Assembly: GCA_964035545.1 (NCBI GenBank)
Contig: OZ037771.1
Location: 1,561,628 to 1,625,627 of the forward strand
DNA: 64,000 nucleotides
Source: Bugula neritina
Lineage: Eukaryota > Animalia > Bryozoa
Reading direction: 5' to 3'
How positions within the stretch are numbered: the stretch's first letter is position 1; each line of letters begins with the position of its first letter. The notes beneath the pieces are model-generated. The model saw only the letters and a program-made list of their open reading frames with translations. It searched no databases and was not told the origin of the DNA. The position numbers were made by a program, and so were the translations under genes. Below are positions 1-13,595 of this stretch, piece by piece.

Positions 1-481
1 ACAGCTGGCATATTGTATACGTCTGATCATGTAGTATCACACACTAGTCACTATACTAGTACAAGTCCAGCAACTTTCAGTGTACATACAGTGAGGTGTA
101 CATACAGAACCAAATCACCTAATTTTAGCGGCTTTTAATAAATCTCATAGCCATTGATTGTAGCTTGATTTTTTAAAATCCAATTTATTACAGAGTTCCA
201 TGCTCAGCTTGCTGTACACAGAGCTATAAATGAGTACGTATGTGTATATATAAAATGCGTAAGACAGATAATATGTCATGCATATAGTTTTGTGTTATAA
301 CTTTTAAACTTTATTCAATAACTCTGAAGTGATAATCCAAAATATAGATTTACTTCATCTATTTAGATAAAGTAGTGAGTAAACAAGCGTTTCTCGTCTA
401 TTTTAAATAAAGTTACTAGCCTTTAATAATATAATATTTAAAATATATAAAATATAGAATTATATATAAAGTTATACCCAC

Positions 482-3400
482 CCTCCTATCAGACAGGTTA
501 TGATGCATTCCCATTTCTACAAACTCATTGGACGGAGTAGATGAGGGGATATTCATGTAGTTACCATAGCAGGGTTCTCCAGGCACTGGACCTACAGTAT
601 AACAACGCCTTAGATACAGCAGCTCTCTATCATACAGCTGTCTGGGTAGAGTACACCAGAGTGTAGAGTACACCAGAGTGTAGAGTACACCAGAGTGTAG
701 AGTACAACAGAGTGTAGAGTACACCAGAGTGTAGAGTACAACAGAGTGTAGAGTACACCAGGGTGTAGAGTACACCAGGGTGTAGAGTACACTTGATGGT
801 AGAGTACACCAGAGTGTAGAGTACACCAGAGTGTAGAGTACACTTGATAGTAGAGTACACCAGGGTGTAGAGTACACCAGAGTGCAGAGTATATACAGAG
901 TGTAGAGTACACCAGGGTGTAGAGTACACCAGGGTGTAGAGTACACCAGAGTGTAGAGTACACCAGAGTGTAGAGTACACCAGAGTGTAGAGTACACCAG
1001 AGTGTAGAGTATACCAGGGTGTAGAGTACACCAGGGTGTAGAGTACAAAGTGGACTAATACCCTAGCAACCTACAGCAACTAAACAGAACAACATCCTTC
1101 TGATAATCACAAATCTATCGGACATTAAACTGCAATAAACACAGCTTTGAAGTGATAATTTCAAGGTTTACATAAGTTTTACACAATGCTTGATTTTATA
1201 TCAATCAGCTTAGCTGATGGTTCAGGAACTTCGGCCAGAGGGAAATGTATGGTAATCTTAGATAACAGTGGAGATCAAAGGCGGTGTTAGTTCAGATCTC
1301 CTGGTAACCTAGGAGGATCACGACTAATGGACTAATGGCCGTACAGTACAGCAGCTTTAAGCTGCAGCATATTGAAACAATCTGACCAGATAATGTACGT
1401 CTGCAGGTGCAGACGTCAAACAGAGTTCAGCAGACCCCACACTGAGTTTGACTCTTCCACACGCAACACTTCCACATTCAACACTTCTACACTCAACGCT
1501 TCCGCATTCAACACTTCCGCATTCAACACTTCTACATTCAACACTTCTACATTCAACACTTCTACACTCGACACTTCCACATTCAACACTTCTACACTCA
1601 ACACTTCCACATTCAACACTTCTACACTCAACGCTTCTACATTCAACACTTCTACATTCAACACTTCTACATTTAACACTTCTACATTTAACACTTGGTT
1701 GAAAAATTACAGGAATTGAAAACAAGCAAAAAATGTAGTAGACAGACTATAACAGTGAATAAGAACATGTGTATGAATTCCTAAGATTTAAAGAGCCACA
1801 GAAAATAAACAACTCTACAACAGGAACAGGAAGTTCTGAAGTTGTCCCTCATGTTACAAAAAATTCACTAATAGTTGGAAACTGTCCGTCCCAGTCATAG
1901 CTTCAGTCACTAAACTGTCAATGTTGACAACTAGTAGAACAGTATAATGTAAGGAACTCACTGATTGGCTCATAGATGTTTTCCATTTCCCGTGCGCTGT
2001 TACTATTGCTAGGCTGCACTCCCTCTAAATCCTCGTAGTGATTAGCTGCCTCTCCTTCTGCTAGCTGCTGACGTAGAATCTAAAATAAACAAAGTAAATA
2101 ATATTGTAATACACAACGATACTATAATCTATAGAATGCAGTACCATATATCAAATATAGTTACACTATATAGCAAATAATATATAAAATATAAAACAAA
2201 ATTTAATATACAAAATATGATTTAATTTGCCAGAGATTGAACATAGAAGAATAGAGTATAAATAAGCTAGTACTACTACCACACAAAGTCCAATAGAGTG
2301 AATGTACTGTGACTAGACTGTTTCTGCTGTCTCACAGAGTATAATGAATACTGTATATGCAGGCTACTAGACTATAAAGGGATATAATACAGACTATTAC
2401 ATAACATGAGTTATCACTTACAGCATTTCCTTCTACTTATTGCTAAGCCTTTCACACAAACAATAATCCTAAATCCTTACATTGGTCTACACTGTAGCCT
2501 GTGACCTAACCTAACTGTAGCCTATGACCTAACTACTCTGTAGCCTGTGAACTAACTACTCTGTAGCCTGTGAACTAACTACCCTGTAGCCTGTGAACTA
2601 AGCTCACTGTAGCCTGTGAACTAACCTAACTGTAGCCTGTGAACTAACTACTCTGTAGCCTGTGAACTAACCTAACTGTAGCCTGTGAACTAACTTAACT
2701 GTAGCCTGAGGAGCATCAATACTAATGAGGGTAACCAGGTAACCCTACCTGACAACTATTAGTGTGACAATTTGTTTGTTTGTCCTACTCTGTTTTGTTT
2801 CCATACTGTTAACCCCACTTTCATTCTCAACTAATTACAGAGCAGACTGTAGAAGTACCAGCAGACTGCAGGCAGCAATATGAGACTAAGTGCTGCCTCA
2901 CAACATCCAATAGCATATCATTTATATTTACATTGTAATTTAAGGAGAAATAATCAATAGGGGTGAATTCCTGAGTAACCCTAATGGTTACCACCTATTC
3001 ACAAATATTTCAATAATATAAACAGGGTAATTAAAACAACTTATCTAGAAATTGAATTAGCGATATTACAGTTCATGACACCATGAATACCATCTTATCA
3101 GCAGTCAGCGTTTCAGGAATTCGCTGTGAAAATTCATTTCAATAAATCATTTTCCATTACATTATCTACTTATTGATTTTCTTAGCAGTGGACAATCAAG
3201 TCGGGAGTTATCTGCCTACAGTGTCTGGAGTTGTGTTCCCCAAGGAAGTAGTTACAATGATCTCTCACCTGTTTGCTGAGATGCAGATGCTGCGAATAAG
3301 GTTGGTAGCCAGAGGGCACGTTGGGAGTAACGCTGTCGGCAGCGCGGTCTCCATGATAGAAGCCACGGGAGCCGCCGTCAGCCCTGGCAGGATACGCTGA

Positions 3401-6400
3401 CTCCACAGGGACATCAAACACCGGAGAGTCCATCCGTTCAGTGGGGGGAGTGAAGACATCATTGGAGACATAGCTCGATGTTGAGGATGATGTCATAATG
3501 GCCAACTTAGGCCTTGGTCCACCACTGAATGTCTCCGCCTTAGCGATTCTGGCGCCGCTAGAAGAACTAAGGCTAGGCGAGTTTCTAGACTGTGATTGGT
3601 CGGTAGGAGAGAGCTGCATTGGGCTGGTCTGTGCGTCGGTGTAATTAACAGGCGGTTTGGCCGAACAGTCTTCTATCTGAATAAACTTGGCTATGTGTAC
3701 TACTTGAGTAGCAGACCTATCGGAGCGTGACGCCATCTGATCCTCGCTCACACTTCCTGTTTCAGGGCCTACAGATTCTACCTCCTCCATCAGCGATCCA
3801 TTTTCCTGCTTCAACCGCGCATTCGCCAACGCCTGGTGTATAGCCGGCTGATCGAACATACCCACAATGCTTTTAACCGACCTGCCCTTCTCACTTATGA
3901 CCTCATTTCCCTCGCGAGGAGAACTCTCGCCATGCGACTGGTGGGGTTGGGGGTTACCAGACGATATTTTACCTCCTCCTCCGCCACCGGTTGCTGCCTT
4001 CTTGTTACTCTGCAACCTCCTTTTGACACTCTCCACCCTGCGCACCTTCGGCGCGATGCTCTGCTTGTTAGTCACCGGGGCAGAGAAGGAAGCCTGTCGG
4101 GAAACCCGACTGCTGCTGTTTGGAGTTATCATTCCTTGTGGAATATAGGAGTGAGGGGGAAAGACTTTGCGATGTTTGTAGAAGTTTTCCTTGTCCATTT
4201 GTTCGGTGTGCTTGTGTTGAGGGGGCAGGGGGTCTGGAGTCAGGGAGGACGCATTGTGACCTGAAGGTTTATAATTCACCTGGGAAGGTCTGTGCATTCT
4301 GGCATCACCTCTGGCAGCGGTCATAGGCTGACAACCATTAGAGATTGGCACCTGCAAACATGTTGAATCAATTACATTATTTCAAAAATCTAGTAATTTG
4401 AATAAAATGTAAGGTTAGAATAATCTAGACTATACACAAAGTCTTCAATATTCTCTAAGCGAGGTGCTGTATGCCACGAATCAGCATTCCTCGCCTATTT
4501 AGGTCATTGTAGAAAAGCATAACTCCATTTGATAACTCAAGTTCAAATTACAACCATGGTCTGGAAACACAACGTTCAGCAACTTAGATTTCCAATCTCA
4601 ATTTGGTATTCTATTTCATAAACACACAATTTTCAACTGTGAAAATATATAAAACTGCACAGCCTTTACTTAACCTTCTTCATTATAGACTTAAAACTGA
4701 TGTAATTTTAGTCCAAAGTGCAGACTGCAATATTATCTATCAAGTCTTGCAGCTATATGTCAGTATACAGAAGTTCTAGGCATAGCTCAACTTAGCTAAA
4801 TTTACAAAGGTCAACATTTCAGTATCTACAAAAACTACTTTCCCCACTGCATAGGAAATAAATAATCTACAGAAATTATAGGAATGTATGTTAGTGACAA
4901 AAGAGTTGGTAATTAAGTAGTGAGTGAGTGAGTGAGTGAGTGAGTGAGTGAGTGAGTGAGTGAGTGAGTGATACAGTGAGTGAGTGAGTGAGTGAGTGAG
5001 TGAGTGATACAGTGAGTGAGTGATACAGTGAGTGTGAGTGAGTGAGTGTGTAGTGAGTGAGTGAGTGATACAGTGAGTGAGTGATACAGTGAGTGTGAGT
5101 GAGTGAGTGTGTAGTGAGTGACTGAGTGAGTGAGTGAGTGAGTGAGTGAGTGAGTGAGTGAGTCTGAATACAGCTACTCTACTGCCCCACACGAGGCCAA
5201 CTTAAAATATGGATGGCTTCAAAAAGTTCTCAAACAATACAAATTGTACGTCATATACAGTACTCGTGAAACTGAAAACTGCAGTTTGAGTTTAAAATGA
5301 AGATTTGTCTCCCCAACACTGATCTCTAATAGCAGTCCTCGTATCTCAATATTTACCAAGATTCAACTACAACAGAGATCTCTAGAAACACCTATAAGAC
5401 TCAAAAAGTATGCTAATTTATAGTATAAAACAACTGGTATACCATTACTTCATTATTGTAAATTTGGGTTTCATTCTCAATAAACTGGTGACAGCAAAAG
5501 AAAAAGATTTTCTGCAGCCGAAACAAATAAAGTTTGATGGTAATACCTGTACAGATGGCACAAAGGATAATATTGTAGAACTTCTTCAAGGGAGTCAACA
5601 GTCATCCAGACTATGAGAAATCGAATTTATAGGCAATACAGAGATAAGTGAATAGGAATAAAGAGAAGACCTCCTTATGAGACAAGCAGCCTATTGATTG
5701 CAAGTGAACATGACAAATAAATCGATTAGAACGTGAAACTCAACACCAAAGCATAAATACTTTCATGCAGTGAAGTTACAAAAAGCCATTGTTGTTTAAC
5801 CTAATAGAAAACAAACTTTAGCTTTAGTTCCTTTCACTACATGCTGAGTGCATCTATAAAAGCCGTATAGTTTATCAACTATATAAACAATCAACAAATA
5901 AAAGTATGTTTGTAGGAATGTGCCCCCAGGCTTTGCATGACTAATACAGGCCTAAATAGTTGTCTTTCTCTTTTTCCGTAAATCAAATTTTGGTTTATAA
6001 TTAATGCACAATAATAAATGTAAAAAAATACAAAATTCGTGACTATGTTAGTATAAAAAATCAATAAAATATTTGGCCAGTACGGGGCTCGAACCCGCGA
6101 CATTCGCGTTATTAGCACGACGCTCTAACCAACTGAGCTAACCGGCCACGATGTTAGAATGCTCCCTAACCATTATTAGGACCATTAACACACACAGTAC
6201 CCTGTAACCCATTTCGTTTACATTGTGATGATTTAATATCATTTTCATGAACTCTGCACTTTTTTTATTAACTAGAATTGGTTTGTTTAGTTTTCAAAAA
6301 TTGTTTTTAAATACTCTATTTTTAGCAAGAGCTACATCTTGTCTTGATAGCAATGCTTTTTAAGAAGTGTCCTGCTGTAGACAGAACTTTACAAGGTATT

Positions 6401-8156
6401 AGCCAAGCCAATTAAACAACAGAATCAATTCTGTCACATTATGTGCAAATTTTGATGTTTCATTTCTTATTTTAAAATAATTCAGCTACATTGCATTTGC
6501 TATATCCATACCATATGCATGTTAGAACAGAAAGCTCTGAAACTATTGCATGTAGCACCATCTTGTTGAGATCTCTGAGTAGTTTTGAATACAGTATGTT
6601 AGATAAGGTGCTTTATTAAGTTAAATTCCCAAACTGACTTTGTTATAATCCACTGACCATAAAACATCTTTTCAACGTAATTCATAATATCAGCAAAGAA
6701 AATCTCTACGGCCAAGTCAGTTTGTGATAATAAAACCTTCTATTGCACGAGTGATCACAATTTTAAAAGTTAATTCCTATCATTATTTTTACCAACTGAA
6801 TTAATGCAGTTACACCTATTGAATTGGCATAATTGATTCTGATCACGTTTGCAACACCTCTTCTAATTCATCCACAGGTAATATCTATTACCAGTGCAGT
6901 TGTTTCAACTCTGTCACAATCAGTGACAGGCAAAGTTGAAAGGTGTGTTTATGTTAAGATCAGCTAACACACGTAAGATTGACAAATAGTTGAGAAGTTG
7001 ATGACATGAGCTGGAATGTGGCCAAATTTCATATAATACTAGAGTGTCAGTGTAGATAGGTAGCTAGTAGATAGTCCTTCTCTGAGAGGGAGGAGCTACC
7101 CCTCTCAGAGGGAGGAGCTACCCCTCTCAGAGGGAGGAGCTAACTCTACAAGAGGTTAGAGTCGGAAATATGCTGACTCTCTACACCAAATTAACATCTT
7201 CCCTGTTGGTGGTATTGTGACTTCAGCTAGTAAGTGAGGCAAAGCTTTGCGAAGATATAATAAAGAAAGTGTAGACAGGAAAACACAACCCAAACAACAA
7301 ACAGACAAAAACAGAACATAAAGGAAGAAAAAGTGTCAATATAACTAAACAAAAATTAATCCAATAGGGAACACAACTCCACTAAAACAATTATAATCAA
7401 AAACAGAATAGCTTTGAGTGAAGATAAAGCTTATAGCAGTCACAGGCTGTACTTGCAATATATATTTTGTTAAAGTGTCGATTAAAACTGAGAGGCCCTT
7501 AAGGTGGTAGAAGCAGAGAAACTGTTAGCTGAAATAATGAGTATTTTGTTTATCTGGTCAGAGAGAAAGACTGAAGGGCCTAAAGTATAGCTAGTACAAG
7601 ATCACTCCATCAGCATATCTCAGTATCAGTAACTCACAACAATAAATAGAATGTATAACCAGTTGATCTACTAGCTACTCAAGGAATCTATGTCATTGAG
7701 GGCAAAGGGCAGCTGCCTCACATCAGTTTACAACTTCTACTGCAGGTAGAAAAGCTATAACCTACAGTCCAACACTGAGAGCTGTATAAGCAAGGTGATA
7801 CACAGACCACACACACAGGCACCATGAGTAAGTTAATGAACCTTATCGCTATTTCAGCCATAAAATAAGATCTAAATCACCACATAAACATAAGCACTTC
7901 TCACCTCAGGGGGCCTGTGGTATTGTAGACTGGTACGCTGGTTCCTGCTCATGTCAAAGTGCAAGTTGGCTGCAGAACTGTAAGAGACAGGGGAAGAGAA
8001 ATCCGAAGTATGCCCATTGGTAGACACAAAACCGAATGCATCTATGATGCCACCTTCCATTGATGGAGGTCGACTGAGCTCCCTCTGAGACATTGAACGC
8101 CTGTGAGCACCTGCAAAGCGTGTCACTTCATCATACCGTGTCATGGAGAGCAGGTG
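482..8156 (-). CDS. Partial multi-exon gene: Ser/Pro-rich, low-complexity signalling/scaffold-type protein (family not identified; continues beyond the left edge of the window)
   Basis: Phase-compatible exons with canonical sites: 8156-7905 (HLLSMTRYDEV...YHRPPE|gtgaga; an alternative acceptor at 8110 is possible), 4351-3269 (VPISNG...HLHLSKQ|gtgaga, the 391-aa ORF), 2079-1962 (ILRQQLAEGEAANHYEDL...ENIYEPI|gtgagt), 591-482 (PVPGEPCYGNYMNIP...LSDRR|gtgggt). Exons are GC-richer than their surroundings. No folded domain recognised within the window. Confidence 0.7.
646..1048. repeat. Minisatellite, 17-bp unit GTAGAGTACACCAGAGT, about 23 copies
   Basis: Direct tandem periodicity; explains the spurious ORFs at 416-1048. 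Confidence 0.95.
1453..1697. repeat. Minisatellite, 15-bp unit TTCAACACTTCTACA, about 16 copies
   Basis: Direct tandem periodicity. Confidence 0.95.
2492..2709. repeat. Minisatellite, 23-bp unit CTGTAGCCTGTGAACTAAC(TACT/CTAA), about 9.5 copies
   Basis: CTGTAG recurs at 2492, 2515, 2538 and onward. Confidence 0.93.
4919..5163. repeat. Interrupted (GTGA)n microsatellite
   Basis: GTGA runs interrupted by GATACA or GTGTA. Confidence 0.95.
6074..6147 (-). tRNA. trnI-AAT: tRNA-Ile (anticodon AAT), intronless, lying in an intron of the large minus-strand gene
   Basis: Reverse complement GGCCGGTTAGCTCAGTTGGTTAGAGCGTCGTGCTAATAACGCGAATGTCGCGGGTTCGAGCCCCGTACTGGCCA. Acceptor stem pairs, A box TAGCTCAGTTGG, anticodon loop CTAATAA, B box GGTTCGAGCCC; oligo-T Pol III terminator at 6055-6060. 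Confidence 0.97.
7080..7142. repeat. Short 22-bp tandem repeat (about 3 copies) combined with an 11-bp inverted repeat
   Basis: CTCTGAGAGGG-aggagctac-CCCTCTCAGAG followed by repeats of GAGGGAGGAGCTACCCCTCTCA. Confidence 0.8.
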
Positions 8157-8929
8157 CTATGCAAACATGCAGGTTAAGCGAGAAAAATGCAGAATTTGAT
8201 TTCTAAACTACTACTGGCTGGTAACTGTACAAATTGGAAAGAATTTTAACTCTATTGCCTACAAATTCAACTATAATAGATGCAGGAATGCAGCTGAAAA
8301 TATGGCAGGTATAGACGTAGTCATAAACCAACTGCGTGCAGCTATAATATCTCTTTAACTAGAGAATTTTGAATGCCTGAAAACTGGTGATTTCATGCAA
8401 GTCAGTTGCAGGTAAACTTTTCTACTGCAGGTAAAAGCTCCTGGAACTTTTGTTTATATTTACAAGACATGGAAATTTGTACATAAACAAACAGTACCTA
8501 GGTTTTCAGGAAAAGTATTAGACAGGTGTACATCTCTGTAGAAAGGAGGTTGGTTTAATCCACCATCAATACTTTGAGCGTGAGGTAACCTGAGAGGTGA
8601 TCCACCAATTCTACAACGAGAGAACACAGTCTATAAGGAATAATATAGTATATAACCATGTTCCATGCAAATACTATAGCCTCAGATCTCTGTAGTTTCA
8701 AAAGAGTACACTCTCGGTACAAGATGTTAGTTTCGTATCCAACTGGTGCTAATATGATGAAGGACACATCATCAAGGTCAAGGATAACGTGCAATTCTGT
8801 GCTATTTTTGGATAAATGTAAATTTCCATTTCACCTTGACCTACACTGTGGCTTATGGCTGAGATATAGGAAGGGAAACACAACTTCTGTTCCAAAGACA
8901 ATGAAAGACTGTCATAAACATCAGCTTAA

Positions 8930-9423
8930 AGCTCTGGCCACACGATCGTGAGAATGACACGAAACTCGTGTGACGATTATTCGTGAGTTATCTTTTCGTA
9001 TTGACCAGCCACATGATCGTTTAAATGAAAAGCCATTATGCCGAGATTGGTACCACAAGTTTATATAAGTTATAAAGGAAAAATTTTGCCATTTTTGTTA
9101 TTTTTTTGGTATCTTATGTGTACATTTTTTTAGTTTTGTTTATTGGTAAAGTTTTTAAAAACATTTTTTACATATATAAAATTAAAAAAAATTAAAACTC
9201 ACTCATGCACGTAAATACAAAGCTATAAAGTTTAAGCTTCGCTGTGATTACCATGTGAATATGAATTGAATAATGCTTGCAATAGCTATTTTACGCAAAA
9301 TACTTTACAGTTGCTATAAATGTAAGACTAGTAAATTGGATGCAAATAGGCATAGTAATACTACTCAATTTATGCTATTTTTGAAATTTGTAGTAATTAT
9401 TTGGCGTGCATAATATATATATA

Positions 9424-9471
<48 letters not shown>

Positions 9472-9781
9472 CTTAATATATACCACTTTGATGGCAACAA
9501 GTCGTTTTTATTAGTCCGTGAATGAGTCTTGCACGAGATACAAGCAGCAGAACATTGCCAAATAGAGAAACTTAGTAGAAATGAAATAATCACTGTTGCT
9601 AAAATTCTATTGACCAATCAAATGGTACTTATCGTCGATTGTGATTTTTCGTCCATCGTCATCGTTGTGCACACCCAACGATGACGATTTCGTTTGAATT
9701 CCCTCAAATTTTCTCGTACGAATGTTTTTTCGTGTCAAATAGACGATTTCGTGTCATTCTCACGATCGTGTGGCCAGAGCT
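8930..9781. mobile_element. Non-autonomous PIF/Harbinger-type DNA transposon (MITE), 852 bp
   Basis: Perfect 35-bp terminal inverted repeats AGCTCTGGCCACACGATCGTGAGAATGACACGAAA; TAA target-site duplication at 8927-8929 and 9782-9784; no transposase ORF; internal (TA)n at about 9413-9469. A 3-bp TAA/TTA TSD is characteristic of PIF/Harbinger. Confidence 0.9.
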
Positions 9782-10248
9782 TAAGTCTAGAAAAACTAAT
9801 TAATACAAAAATTGCTCAAAGGAAGGCCACTATTTGTTGAGAGATACAAGTAGGGGGGATATTTCTTCAAGTCAATACAGTACCTCCAAAAGTTAAAAGT
9901 TGTAATTACTGATAGAGCCATAGTTGTGAGCAGGGAGGTGGTTATGGTAATCAACGCACTCCCATCAATGCCAATAAACTTTTTAATGAGTGATATTTTG
10001 ACAGAAGATGTTATCAACTCGTCAAAAAGTTAATGGTATGCGAGACCAAGTGGGCCTGCAGCTTACTTCAGTGATGAACTAAGCAATACACATGATCTAT
10101 AGCGCATTACCTTTTCTAATCATATGAATGAGCACACATCACGAAAACTTGGCAATTAGATGACAGAAATTATATAAACTAAGATATCATTGAACTCTGG
10201 CTGCAGTTCTACAGCCAATAACCTTAACTATCCACTCACTCCACACTA

Positions 10249-10263
10249 GGGGGGGGGGGGGGG
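10249..10263 (+). repeat. G15 homopolymer (potential G-quadruplex); a C12 run also occurs at 28646-28657
   Basis: Seen directly. Confidence 0.85.
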
Positions 10264-13200
10264 CAGTCAACCTGTTCTTCAAATCAAGCTAATAATAGTA
10301 CAGTAGTCTGGGCTTTTTGAGTTTGAAATAAGCTCCAACTCTAAACTGGAGAATCCCAAACTATTGCACTCAGTCACTCCCAACTCCACGCTGCCTGTAG
10401 AACTATTCGTGTTCCTAAGTTACCTAATTGGGGGGCTTCCTTGAACCCCCAATCTTCAGGGTTTTATAATAAACGGCTACAATTATTAACCTTAAAAAAT
10501 AATCCCCAAGGCGCATCCTGTTAAAGAGGAAATGGGAATGTACACCGACCACAAAATGAATCACCTCAGTGGCTGCTTATTGGTGTTAATACCATTTAAT
10601 CTGCCAGAATTCAAGTTGCCTCAGTCCGGGCTGGTAAACATATTTAATGAAATTACCAAGGACAACAAAGCTGTAAGCAGTAAACACAATAATAATAAAA
10701 AGGTTAGGAGGCAAAACAAAGTGTTATCGCTTCACAATGACGGTTTAATTACACATTTTATCAATAAACTCTGTACTGACATACACATAAATAAATGGAT
10801 GCAACAAAATAAAGTTTAGTGCCTACTGTAAGCCATAAACTAATATTATGAAATAGTAATAATATAATAAATGCTGAAAGATGGAGAAGATTACAAACTT
10901 GCGGGAACAAGCCAGCTACTGGATGAAAAGCAATCAAACCCTACCCACAGCTTAACCATCTTGAAATAATTGCAATCTCATTTTTATGGGCCATTAAAAG
11001 AGCTTCATTAACTTTCAACAATTAATATTAATCTTTACCAGATAGCAAATAATTAAATTTATTAGAAAGAATTTAAATTCTCCTTGCATCAAGCTAATTT
11101 GCAATAAACTTTATGTAGCAATAAGCTTTGCTAGACAATTACGTTCTTTTCATCTTGGTGGAAGCAAAGAAAAACTGGGGCTATGCAATAAGCTGAAACA
11201 TCTATTAACTAAATTGATAACATTCTAAGAATTTGTAGTTGAACTGAAAGGATTAATCAAAACAAGCCAGTGTGAAAGGGGATGGGTGGATGAAGGGCAG
11301 GGCTTGTGCCCTTGTCAATATAACAACATGGCTCAAGCCTGTCTCTACCACAACAGGTCATGTGACCTTTGTCCTGGACCACAGCTACTTCCTCATTGGC
11401 TACATTCTATTAATTGCACTTTGTAACTACTTTTCTGTTCAAAACTTCAACATTCCATATTTCTTAATTAATAAGTTACTAGCACAACTAAAAAATTGCT
11501 GAAGTTGATTGTCATTACATGAAGGTGCCTGCCTAGTTAGAAGTGAGCATTAAGTATAGCTAGCAGATTTGTAGGATTACGCTTTAAACTTTACTAACAA
11601 ATGAAGAGTAAAACTATTACTATAAGTTGTACCTGGTGCTGCTGGCACTAACTTCTCTCAGTTTTTATGTAATAAAACGAACACAAATACCAGTAAGAGG
11701 TAAAAGCCATTTCAACAACTGCAACTAGTGCAAACCTGTCATGTCTACACATTGAAACACACAAGTCAATGAGGAAGACGCCTATTAAAACTGATTTATG
11801 AACTAAACGTTTGCCAATACATAAAATTATGCAAAAAAACTGGCGGATTTCACAATGGAACACCTTTATAAATTAAACCATTAGTTGGATACTGAAAGGG
11901 ATAGAAGTTAGACAGTATAGGCGTTGGTTTAACATAGTTTGGTGTAAGAGTGCGGCTGTTTATGTACCATGGCTGCACAGGGTATAAGGCTCTAGTTGTC
12001 ATGTGTGTATATGTGAATTTGAAGTTACCAGAATCTCTCTAAGGTATTAGCCTACTTTTTACAGAGATGAAGCACTAGATTAGAATACCACCTTAGATTA
12101 TCTCTTAGGAGTCATCTGCACACTAGTTGCAGAGATTAATGACAGTAACAAGGCTTGTGATAATTAAAAGCACTAAATCTAAAACAATAGCTCAGGTTTC
12201 TAACCATTTAGTCTTATAAAGTATAGCCGATATTCTAGAAATAAATTTATAAGGACGAAACATCAACTCCTCTAGATCTGACCTCTAAGATAAACATCAC
12301 CATAATCACTAGTCCAGCACAGAATGTAGAACACGACTGTTTTCATGAACTCCACAAATATTCGCTAGAAAAAAGATCCTGCAGCAAGATGTAGTCAAAA
12401 AGACCTTGTAATCTGCAGCAGACCGGGTCATGTGATGTAAAAGTTGACCTCTGTTACTGGCCATTCAACTTGACCACAGAAACAAAGAGAAGAACTCCTT
12501 GCTAGTTTAACGCAGGTGTTTGATCTCAGAAGCCTAGCTAAAAATTCCACACTAGCTAGTAAAAACAATTTGTGTAAACAACTGGTAAAGGCATTCATGG
12601 ATTGGCAAAGTCATTCATTAAACCATTGGAATATTTTCATTCCAAACTTGAACATAATGTAACAATTGAGTTTATATCAACATTAAAGTATCACATATTC
12701 TACTAACAGAAAAACCTGTTTACTTTTCTAGCAAGCATCATTCAAAATTGTTGTGGGTCAACTGATGCTGTAGTAGTTACTTAAAAAGAACAGTTGAAAC
12801 CTACGCAGAAGAAAGGGGGGACTACACTGCAGGATATGAACAATGCTGGTACGGTGGTAAAAAATGTTCAGAATTCCTTCAAGTCAGTTCAAGCTGGACA
12901 AACAACGTATACGTAATTCCAGTATAAGAAAAGTGTTGCATGGGCTATAAGAATGTGCTACAAGAAGTCTACTGTCTTCAAAAGTGCATTTTTATGCAAA
13001 AAAACAAGAGATTTATAATGTTTAAGCGAAGCCACAAAATATCTTTTACTTCCGAAACAGTTCCATTCATTTCCTCATGTTTATTAAGCTCCTAATAATT
13101 CCTGTGTTGACAAGAAAAACAATTTCTACAAAAACATTTAGTCACCATTTTGCTGAAATAAATTTTAGAATAGATAAGATAATTTGGACTAAACTAAATC

Positions 13201-13399
13201 TTTAGTTTTCACTAAAAAAGCACTGATATTTTAAATCCACCCATATTATGGGTACAGTAGATTATTGATTTCGAAGTTGTCCTCTCTCCTTAAGTTATTT
13301 TAGAAAAACACCTGAGCAAAACAAAGGCCACAGGGTTTTTAGCAGCAAACTAAAGTTTTTGCAATCTTTTGTGAACCAATTAGATGCTAGAACTAAATT

Positions 13400-13595
13400 C
13401 TAAGTATATAGAGTAAGTACTAAGTATATAGAGTAAGTACTAAGTATATATAGTAAGTACTAAGTATATACAGTAAGTACTAAGTATATATAGTAAGTAC
13501 TAAGTATATACAGTAAGTACTAAGTATATACAGTAAGTACTAAGTATATACAGTAAGTACTAAGTATTTATAGTAAGTACTAAGTATATAGAGTA
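13400..13595. repeat. Minisatellite, 20-bp unit TAAGTATATACAGTAAGTAC, about 10 copies
   Basis: Direct tandem periodicity. Confidence 0.95.

Noticed and set aside
416-1725. Repetitive ORFs (MYSTPWCTLH..., VECRS..., FNTST...)
   Set aside because: Translations of stop-free minisatellites open in several frames; only 591-482 looks like a real exon.
3173-4326. Plus-strand ORFs opposite the large exon, and similar antisense ORFs over POLH exon 10 and FAM114A
   Set aside because: Shadow ORFs of GC-richer coding exons, with no splice signals or recognisable motifs.
4776-5192. His/Ser/Leu/Thr-rich ORF
   Set aside because: Translation of the (GTGA)n microsatellite.
8588-8630. 43-nt cassette exon that would bridge the phases of the 25-kb and 8.1-kb exons
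   Set aside because: Phase-compatible, but the donor (CAG|gttacc) is weak and the peptide is atypical; it cannot be supported without transcripts.
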